Origin: Botryllus schlosseri
Taxonomy: Eukaryota
NCBI GenBank assembly: GCA_051294905.1
Contig: CM119372.1
Location: forward strand, 20,276,001 to 20,340,000
Direction: 5' to 3'
Length of the DNA stretch: 64,000 bases
Positions 53,701 to 64,000 of the stretch are shown in pieces (positions within the stretch are counted from its first letter, which is position 1; every line of letters begins with the position of its first letter). The notes under the pieces are model-generated. The model was not told the origin of the DNA and did no database searches. It saw only the letters and a list, made by a program, of their open reading frames with translations. Made by a program: the position numbers and the translations under genes.

Positions 53701-55173
53701 TTACGGTGGCGTTCTGAAGAAAACGGCTGCGGCCAAAATTTTTCTTTCGTTTTGTCCTTCAATTTGAGACCAAATCAATTTTAGAGTGCAGTGCCCCTTT
53801 AATGATCTAGACTCGGCCTGAGATCACCAGTCCAAGAACAGGAAAGCGTGTCTAAGCCTAAACAGTGTAGTTCGAATTACAAACAGGATATTGCAACGGT
53901 CAGTAGATAAACTGCCCAGAGACCTAATAATTAGATGTAATGCAATATAAACATTCATCAGACGTAAGACACCAATGTGCTTACTCTAATTTTATTTTTT
54001 AACAGCCTCTAATACTTGGTTAGGTACACAAGTAAAGAACACTTGTTACATATCTAATGTGTAATAGTTGAAGAAAGTCGAAAGTGCCAGCATGATAAAC
54101 GCAAAATTCTGGTCCAAACCAACATGAATATGTGCCAAAATTCCAAAACTTTGCAATCAAACATGTCAAATGACTCTGGCATCGGGTGATATTACCTGTG
54201 ACGTAGTTCGTACATGGCGGATGTTTCTGAGCAACTGATACCGATTCCACAGCGACGTATTCCTCTCGCACAGAAAAATTCTCTCAAACTTTGCAATATA
54301 AACGCATCAAGAGCGTTCCTCACTTGTGAACTAGAAAAGTACAGCTATCAACAAGTTTTTAGAATTATACTTCCAAACGACAAAAGTTACATACTCACTG
54401 TTGAGTTTATTTAAATTATTCCACGTCAGAAAAAGTGAGAAATATGGACAATTTTCATATGCACTCATCCGGATATTCATTCGCAGCATTCGCACCACGC
54501 TTGTCATTCGCCCCAATTATTTTCATTCGCACACGTGCAAACAGTCACACATAGGTCGGAGAGCACTGCTGTAGCTCATTGTCATTTTAACAGTCGTCGC
54601 ACCGGAGAAAATTTTCAGGAACCTATCGGCTATTTTCTGATCTATAGTTAGCGGAAACGGGAACTAGAAAAATCTTCCGTAAAATGATTCGAAGAAAAGT
54701 TCTTCATCGTGACGACGTTAGAGTGACCTGATGATCATGCTCAAGATATAGCCCAGGCGATTACGGTATATGACGAAAGGAAATGAAGTGGTAGTAATAA
54801 TGACCGAATTCTCATTTTGATAATGGTAATAATCATGGACCTCCGTCATGCTCTCCTAGGTTATGACCTATATGGCTGTACATTTTTTCAGCATAACAAT
54901 ACATTGCTATCACAAACGATATGACACATGCACAATGCACGTATTCTTTAATGCGGGCACCGGAAAACCAGGGCAAACGCTTTAGTCGGCCAGAATGTTC
55001 TGGAACGGAACAAAAGTGAAAATAGCACGTAAAAACTCCGGTTAATACGAACAACGATCCACTTAATCGGACGCAGGTTTGCAATCCCTATCATGTTATG
55101 GCACAATAAACAGTTTTTCGTACGTTTTAACACAGGATGAGTGATTGTAGAGAAACGATGACGATGCATGCAG

Positions 55174-55480
55174 CAGTGTTGGGATGACTCGAGTCATGAC
55201 TTGACTCGAGTCAGACTCGAGTCAACTTTTTCGTATGACTTGACTTGACTCGAGTCACTTTGCAAAAATGACTTGACTTGACTTGACTCGGAGCTTCAGA
55301 AATCTGCATTGACTCGTGACTCGGAGCAAAATTTACGAGTCAATTTCAAGTCATTAAGTAAACAGGGTCGATTAAATGAATGTATCTTGTGTATGTTCGG
55401 ATTGTTCAAGATACGCCGGTGTCACTTGTGAGAGCAATCAGTCATTCACTGTTTGTACGTTACACTGATCCTCCATTGTT
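55174..55480. mobile_element. 5' part of a CAGTGTTGGGAT-family MITE, interrupted by the AGTAGT element
   Basis: Homologous to 42178 onward and 34934 onward until CCATTGTT at 55480, where homology stops abruptly. Confidence 0.85.
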
Positions 55481-58400
55481 AGTAGTTATGTAGATCGGTC
55501 GTGAGGTGGCAGGGGTTCTTATGGCGGGGTGGTGACTCGTATTGAAAACCGGGGGTGGTGACTCGTACTTTCAGACCCCCCTTGTGGTGGTGACTCGTAA
55601 TGGGTTCTTATGGGTGCGGTCGTGATTCGTACTTTCGGGTATAGGCTGCGGCGGTGACTCGTATTGAAAACTCGGGGTCGTGACTCGTACTTTCAGGTAT
55701 AGGCTGCGGCGGTGAATCGTAATGAGAACTCGTGGTCGTGATTCGCACTTTCAGGCATATCTCGCACGGCGTTGAATAGGTATCAGGAATAGTAAATAGT
55801 CACGTGATTGATTCTTAGTTAATGTGTATATTACAAATTATTAAATATGACCGATTCGAGTTAATCCCAACGTTTGCGGTGAATGCGACTTCGATATATC
55901 GTTATTCTTATGGGTGCGGCGATGATTCGTACTTTCGTTGATAGAATGCTAGCGGTATGTCGTACTTTCACCAAAAAGGGTGTGAAATAGTTTGCTAAAT
56001 CTAGGAATCAGTCGCTTGGTAATTAGTTTACCACGGAGCCGGCGTAGACGGCGATTCCAATACCAACAATAGCCGCGTTCACATATTAACACTCCAAATA
56101 GGTGTGAAATAGTTTGCAAACCCTGCGATCGCTGACAAGATAATGTCTCAGACATACGCGACTTGATGTTACAGGCATATCGATCACTCACGCGGTGAAA
56201 TTTTCGTAAGCAGTTTGGGACAGAGCTTGATTTCAGTCGTAAGATTTAATATGTAACGAATAACAGACCGCCAGTGTCGGTAACTTGAATAGCGACAAAT
56301 TGCCACTTATTTCCGCTCTAACCCTAATCCTTTGTGAAGTGAACGCTTATTCAAAAAGGTGTGAAATATTGGTAAAATCCCGCGACCGCTCACAAGATAA
56401 TACCTAAGACATAACCATCGCTCGCGACTCGCTGTTACATACATGCCGATCGTTGACAACGTAATATTTCGGTAATTAGTTTACCACAGAGCCGGCGTAG
56501 ACGGTGATTCGAATATCAGCAATAACCCCGCTCACAAACTAACAGTTCGAAAAGGTGTGGGATAGTTTGCTAAATCTGGCATATGGTAATGTTTTGGTAA
56601 TTAGTTTGTCCCAGAGCCGGCGTAGACGGTGATTCGAATATCAACAATAGCCGCGTTCACAAACCAACACTTCAAAAAGGTGTGAAATAGGTTACAAATC
56701 CCCCGATCGCTCACAAGATAACACCAAAGACATAGCCATTTCTCGCGTCTTGCCATTACATACATCCCAGTCGCTACAGTGTAATATGTCGATGGTTGTT
56801 GCTATCAAGTAATAAGTAATGAATACCAGTACCAGCACAGACCGTGATTCGAAAACCAACAATTTGTCACTTGCACGCGATCGCTATATGTTTTGACACT
56901 TCGCACCGTTTTCACATCTATAGAATCAATACCAACTATAATTCTACAAGAATCAGGAATCACAAGTATGCGCATTATACAGTTATTGTCTTTATTAACT
57001 TGAAATCAACCTCTTAACAAAAACACGCATCTTATCACTTGTCAACTCTATCATGAAAATCCTCGAGTCCTTATCATCAAAAATGTTATAGCGCGGCGTC
57101 GGAATCCATTCGCGCGGTGTTCTAAAGTTAAATCCAGATAATCCAAAATGAAATATTTGGACTTTGACATAGTCTGAATTGAAATAGATTGACAAACATG
57201 ACTAACAACTTTCAACCCAGTCATATTTAGAGATTATACGCACATTGATTCGAAACAAGTAATGAAACATTACAACTCTATTCGCGACCTGTCTTTACGT
57301 TTGACAAAGAGAGTTTCAGAAATATTATCACTATGACATCTCAACATTTTAACATCTCGCCATCAACAAAAGAGTAAAATACAAAAACCTTGTCAAGTCA
57401 ATCCGTTTGTAACTCACCGAACCAAAGCAAAAAGTGTCCATACGAAAAGTAGACAAGACTACACAAGTAATCACTACAACCCACAATCACAACCCACAAT
57501 CACCCACATATCAAGTTCGGTTTTAGGCATATACCACCAACTCGTCTTTTTTGTTCAACTGTAAAAGTCGTTACTATGCCGCAAGACCAAGAAATTACTA
57601 TGCGGTATATTTTGTAAGATAAAAGTAATTTCTACTCGGTGCAGGTGACTTGAGATTAACACATTACATTTGAGTATACGAGATTTGAATATCTGACCAA
57701 CGTAGTTTCTTACAATCGAACGCTGGTGTTATATTCGAAGTTATCATGCTGTAAACATAAGGATTGACACATTGATTTGACATATGTAATAGTTGATCAT
57801 GACTTGATTATTAAATTATTTGCGTTAATTAGACCCCGCGTTGTGGTAAATGTTATGACAGCAACAAACTTTTCAGTACCAATGTTATTAACATATTTGG
57901 CTGTAAAACTATACTTGTCTGAAATGTTCTTGATGGGAAAATTACTCCACCTTGGTAAAAATCACTCTGCGTATCGCGGATATCAGAAAATATTTCCAGT
58001 AACCAAGACTAAAGATGAAACGACAATATCGGTATTATTACATTCAACAATCAGTACAATTATTAAAATCTATCGTTTGCGATAAACAGCACTAAAGATG
58101 TAATAATTCCAGTATTCATACATTGAACATCCGATACAAAATGCTTTATTATCCCGATTCCCAACGGGTAATTGAAACGACTAAGTGTAGAATCAGTATA
58201 TCACAATATCGTTACTATTGAATCCAACGATTTATTGTCGGAATTTGTGACAGAGAATTTAAACATATGCACTTTACAGAGTGTGAAAATATCACTTTGA
58301 GTATCGAGTACCGTTCGAAGCTAGCGATCAATTCTTAATCATTTCAGTAACTCCCCATTGTGCGTGCTAAATGTAAAATATCGCGAGGTTATACACTCTA

Positions 58401-61400
58401 AGACTTTGATTATTGCAAAAGTAAATTGTGATATGTTTGTTAGATGCATCCAATTCAACTAGAAGTGTCCAGTGCTCAACACTCGTAATATCGAAAAAGT
58501 ACTTGCTACACTGTTATTTGCTAAACGTGTTTTGTATTGTTGTTCATTTGTAGTATTGATTGAAATTGTTCTTGAACCCTCAAATAATAATTCCCGACAT
58601 GAAACCAAGCCACTGAAAGTCGTTACCATCACGAAGATACAATGTGGACGATGTTTGTCAAATGTGTCCTACCTGGCCAACAGAAAACAATTTTCACTAG
58701 CTTGGTAATGAAACCGAAGTCTCCATTCGATATTTTGTTTGTGTCAAATACTTTGCAATGAACACATTTGCGTGGTTGAGCTTTACATCATCAAGCTGTT
58801 ATTTGTAAATCAAGATTTCGGTAAACTTGTAAATGTATCGTTTAACTAACTGACATTTAGTGACTGGGGACCACACCAAACGATACACATCCATTTCCGA
58901 AATACTGCATTGATCTTAATTTCCATCATCGTGATAATCGAAGTACATTTCTTTCCAATTCATAACAGCCGACTATGACATGATAAATTTTTGACAAGTT
59001 ATGCCTAAAAGATTGATTGCATATCACTAAAAATAATATACCACACATATTATTACTGTTACTCCATTCATCGGTATTTTTTCCGTTGTCGATTTTCAAA
59101 CGAGTAAAATTTATTACTTGAGTTGCTCTGCTTAATGTAAATGTAAACTCGCCCGTCTTTCAACAACAAACAATGTTAAAAAAGTATGCAATCAAACACA
59201 ACAAGTTTACGATACTAATTATTATCCCACATAACCCATTTCTTACCGAAGACATATGAAATATATTCATGTTACACGAAAACATTCGCTCATGCTACGA
59301 ACATATACGCAATGATTGGTGACACTTTCAAACTGTTTCGATGTCACAAGAACTTTATTGTCTGAATGGTTGTTCATGTATCTTAATAATCAAATAGTTC
59401 AACACAGAACTAGTACTAACAGAAACATCAGAGTTGTTTACACAAAAGTTTGTATGTGTACAGTATGCGAATACCATGTGTAAGTCCAGCAAAATTGTGG
59501 ACGAGTTTAGTTAACACAATTTACGACACCGAGGTCGCTTCATCTTTCGTAAGACAACAAACCAAGGCTTCAGGATATCTCCATGTCATAACAATAAATC
59601 ATAGCTACTCCAACAACAGAGTACATATGTTTTCTAGTTACGGTGCTTACATCTTACACACAAATCAATCTACTTTGCTAACGAAAAGTGGTGAGTCATC
59701 GTATGGTTGTCCTGACAACTAAAACATACTATCATACAAAATGGTCGTTATAGTTTGCACACCAACGGTAGATCGTACAAGTAACAAGTCTCGAGAATCC
59801 AGTTATTCAAAAAACGTGAAAGTATTTCTACACCAAGTCGTTATGTTGACGAAAGCGTATATTGTAATATCATGATCGATTTGCATTCGTTGGTCACAAA
59901 CTGTCACTACTCTAAATAATTTTTTTTTCACTCAAACACAAACGCATACTTGTCACCATTCGTTTTCATCAAGCATGAGTTCAAGAAACTTACTACGACA
60001 TGAATTTTTATTTTTATGTTATGTAAATAGGTAATAATTAATTCAAGTAACACTATATCAACATCATCGAGTTGTGCTAATAGATTTACATGTGGTCTTG
60101 TGGTTTTCGTCGGGACATACAGCACGAACTAACTGTAGACTCCTCTCTGTTGTACAGCTACTCGGTAATCGAAATGCATTAACATGTAAACAACGATCTT
60201 GTTTCGTCACACCAAAAATATGTTCACTGTCGCGATACTCCGCACAAGACGTGCATAGCCTTTTCACACTCGTAATAGTATACCGACGTCAAGCGATAAC
60301 GTTTAACAAGACCAACGACACTGAACCAACGACGTTTACCTATGTAAAATTACCACTTTCACTTGCCAGTCCATCGTTTACCTGACTAAACATATTATTT
60401 TCCTTTGGAGATCTGACGTTTACCCAGAGTAAGAAACCATTTTCACTTGTAAATATTTTTTTTTCCTCGGCTAACAAACCTTTTTTCACTTGGAAATATA
60501 TTTTTTCTCTGGGTAACAAACCTTTCTCACTTGGAAATATATTTTTTCTCTGGTTAACAAACCTTTTTCACTTGGAAATATATTTTTTCTCTGGGCAACA
60601 AACCTTTTTCACTTGGAAATATATTTTTTCCCCAGGTAACAAACCTTTTTCCCTGAGCAACAAACCATTTTCACTTGTGGGTCCGTCGTTTACCCGAGTA
60701 AAAATATCATTTTCCTTTGGAGATCCGGCGTTTACCCAGTGTAACAATACATTTTCACTTGGAAAAATACTTTTACCTAGAGTAACTAATCATTTTCTCC
60801 TGGGGTAACAAACCCCCTTCGTCTGGAAACTATCATTTAACTGAGCAACAAACCATTTTCACTTGGAAATACATTTTTTCTCTGGGCAACAAACCTTTTT
60901 CCCCGGGTAACAAACCTTTTTCCTGAGCAACAAGCCATTTTCACTTGGTGGTGCGTCGTTTACCTGAGTAAAAATATCATTTTCCTTTGGGGATCTGACG
61001 TTTACCCAGTGTAACAATACATTTTCTCTTGGTCATCTAGCTTTTCCTAGAGTAACAAAACCATTTTCATTTTGAAATCTGACAAACACACCTGACAATT
61101 TGGTATTTGTTGTATTGACGATAGTTTGAAATAGATTACAACGAACAGTGACGGAAATATACACAGACTACCGGTTTCAGAGTATACTCCATCGGTCGTA
61201 TCACATCAATATCATCGGTTAACCACATACAATATGCTCTTGTACACCGAAATACATGTTTTGGAAAATTGGACAATAGGCTTCGATAGTTCTGTGATGT
61301 CCGGGTTCGTGCTTTGGATTTTCCAGAGTCAAAATGTCTGAATAAAACACCTCCTTGACGACGGTTGGTATGTGGATAACGGTGTTCGGAAAACGGTTGG

Positions 61401-62244
61401 ATTTATGTCACCCATCGCGATAACAATTCCTGGTCGAGTTTTCCTCCCGCATGTTTACTATATTGTGTCTTTATTGGTCAATGTATGTCTCGACATTCAG
61501 TTTGAAATCGGAATTGATAAAGTACGTAACCGGATCCGGATATCAACTGTGAATCGTTAAACCAATGAACAAAATTCAAAGTAAACATGTTACACCCTGT
61601 GTTTCCACGAAAAAATACCATCCAGACATACGTCGCGCTTGTTTGCCCACACCAGTATACGCGTAAATGGAGGTGTGTGACATTGCATGCAATGTGTTGG
61701 TATACAAACATAGATCCACAGACATTATCATAGCCGGTAGCTTTGATGTAGATCGAATGTCACCCGATAACAATACCAATAAGCCACATTGCAATGACTC
61801 TGAGTCCGCGCTATTACATCGATATTTCGACACCGTTCACTGATTTACTCGATGGTTTCATCGCGTTGTAACATTACAAGATAGTCATGACCCTATCTCC
61901 GGACAGACCACCCAGATCAATTGGATACATTGGTCAATATCCGTCGTGTTGTCGACACCGAAGTTTTCTGCTGCAGCGTTCGACCAATGTGAACTATCGA
62001 AGTACGGTGCTCGAAATGATTGCGATCAGTCTTTCAGTCACGATGCATGGATGTCGCTACTCCCACATAACGACTCCAGATAAATATCGTGAACAGTGAT
62101 TCTGCAAATCTCGACTGATACTGTGACCCAATAAGGTGTGGTTCTGTGGAATGAAGACTGCAATCGTACACCACAATAGAACACTACCTCGTGATTTCAC
62201 ACGTAATCATAAAACACACCTTCGTAAGGACCCAGTTCGTCCGG

Positions 62245-62480
62245 CGACATTTCGAAACGACCATCGCCACAAGAGATCGGGGTTTCAGTTTGTCATATCG
62301 GTAACATTTTGAAACGGTATCGCGCAAAGTTATTGACGTCGATTCAGTTGGTCATATCGGTGATATTTTGAAACGGCGTCACCACAAGGCTATTGACGTC
62401 GCTCTCAGTTAGCTGTATCGGTAGCATTTTGAAATTTTCATCACCACAAGACTATTGACATCGATTCAGTTGGTCATGTC
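62245..62480. repeat. ~59-60-bp tandem repeat, about 4 degenerate units, in the foldback spacer
   Basis: Recurring ATTTTGAAACGG...CACAAG...TATTGACGTCGATTCAGTTGGTCATATCGGT. Confidence 0.8.
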
Positions 62481-63081
62481 AATCCGTTTCACAATCTGTC
62501 GTTTTTCAAGTCCCAGCACCATAGTGTTACGACACAGACAAGAAGCGTCGGTGGAAATAATAAAACACGGAAGGCACACTTTGGTGTTATTTGACATGGG
62601 TTTTACACCAGACGAACCTCACATTCAAGCGATGTATTTGAATGACGATTGTATTATTGATGTCCAGGCAAAAGAAATGTATCGATTAATTGGTTTCGTA
62701 CATATCCAACAAAAACCAGGGTATATGATTGTGCATGGTTCGCATATTCGAGTGTGAACGCTCTATTGATATATAGTTCACTTTCACCATCGTGCGAATA
62801 ACCCATGTTACGGTTCCATGTTTGTGTGTCTGTATGTCATGCTTCAGATTGACTCAGAGTCATTGCAATGTGGCTTATTGGTATTGTTATCGGGTGACAT
62901 TCGATCTACATCAAAGCTACCGGCTATGATAATGTCTGTGGATCTATGTTTGTATACCAACACATTGCATGCAATGTCACACACCTCCATTTACGCGTAT
63001 ACTGGTGTGGGCAAACAAGCGCGACGTATGTCTGGATGGTATTTTTTCGTGGAAACACAGGGTGTAACATGTTTACTTTGA
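62455..63081 (+). CDS. Putative spliced orphan gene crossing the spacer/right-arm junction
   Basis: ORF 62455-62757 and ORF 62818-63081 join in frame through a candidate 96-nt intron 62752-62847 (CGA|GTGTGA...GCTTCAG|ATT). No family recognised. Confidence 0.3.
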
Positions 63082-64000
63082 ATATTGTTCATTGGTTTAA
63101 CGATTCACAGTTGATATCCGGATCCGGTTACGTACTTTATCAATTCCGATTTCAAACTGAATGTCGAGACATACATTGACCAATAAAGACACAATATAGT
63201 AAACATGCGGGAGGAAAACTCGACCAGGAATTGTTATCGCGATGGGTGACATAAATCCAACCGTTTTCCGAACACCGTTATCCACATACCAACCGTCGTC
63301 AAGGAGGTGTTTTATTCAGACATTTTGACTCTGGAAAATCCAAAGCACGAACCCGGACATCACAGAACTATCGAAGCCTATTGTCCAATTTTCCAAAACA
63401 TGTATTTCGGTGTACAAGAGCATATTGTATGTGGTTAACCGATGATATTGATGTGATACGACCGATGGAGTATACTCTGAAACCGGTAGTCTGTGTATAT
63501 TTCCGTCACTGTTCGTTGTAATCTATTTCAAACTATCGTCAATACAACAAATACCAAATTGTCAGGTGTGTTTGTCAGATTTCAAAATGAAAATGGTTTT
63601 GTTACTCTAGGAAAAGCTAGATGACCAAGAGAAAATGTATTGTTACACTGGGTAAACGTCAGATCCCCAAAGGAAAATGATATTTTTACTCAGGTAAACG
63701 ACGCACCACCAAGTGAAAATGGCTTGTTGCTCAGGAAAAAGGTTTGTTACCCGGGGAAAAAGGTTTGTTGCCCAGAGAAAAAATGTATTTCCAAGTGAAA
63801 ATGGTTTGTTGCTCAGTTAAATGATAGTTTCCAGACGAAGGGGGTTTGTTACCCCAGGAGAAAATGATTAGTTACTCTAGGTAAAAGTATTTTTCCAAGT
63901 GAAAATGTATTGTTACACTGGGTAAACGCCGGATCTCCAAAGGAAAATGATATTTTTACTCGGGTAAACGACGGACCCACAAGTGAAAATGGTTTGTTGC

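Larger units (their letters stand above)
50687..54568. mobile_element. hAT-type element expanded by nested insertions
   Basis: CAGTGCTCTGCAACCT ... AGGTCGGAGAGCACTG with TSD CTGCAGCT / CTGTAGCT. Confidence 0.7.
55481..64000 (+). mobile_element. Large Polinton/Maverick-terminus foldback element, copy 2 (continues beyond the window)
   Basis: Starts AGTAGTTATGTAGATC, followed by GC-rich subterminal repeats. 62851-64000 is a near-perfect reverse complement of 60657-61806 around a 1044-bp spacer. Confidence 0.75.
60657..64000. repeat. Long near-perfect inverted repeat (arms of at least 1150 bp, spacer 61807-62850)
   Basis: 61806 pairs with 62851 and 60657 pairs with 64000 (constant coordinate sum 124657, so no net indel). 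One substitution noticed (about 61573 versus 63084). Confidence 0.97.

Noticed and set aside
627..61985. Treating the two ~6.4-kb inverted homologs as TIRs of one ~61-kb element carrying fringe and DNase I
   Set aside because: The AGTAGT/ACTACT termini face the gene region, each junction interrupts a different MITE, the flanks share no TSD, and the copies are too diverged in the middle.

Overview
AT-rich, repeat-dense eukaryotic DNA with GT-AG spliceosomal introns, most likely from an invertebrate animal. It contains two intact multi-exon genes on the + strand: a divergent Fringe-family glycosyltransferase (30073-37466, 7 exons, 451 aa) and a secreted DNase I (45007-48435, 7 exons, 281 aa). 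A decayed GMC-oxidoreductase gene lies on the - strand (about 40480-41100). The rest is largely nested transposons: many hAT MITEs with 8-bp TSDs, a pogo-type element, a Chapaev3 element, P-like and Mutator-like foldbacks, Penelope remnants carrying minimal hammerhead-like motifs, and LINE fragments. The most striking structure is a family of large elements with Polinton/Maverick-type AGTAGT termini and no recognisable Polinton genes. One copy ends at 7161; a second, inverted copy starts at 55481. The second folds back on itself: near-identical inverted arms surround a 1044-bp spacer (61807-62850). If the symmetry continues past the window, this is a ~13.7-kb element with ~6.3-kb arms. All alignments and translations were done by eye; no database searches were run.
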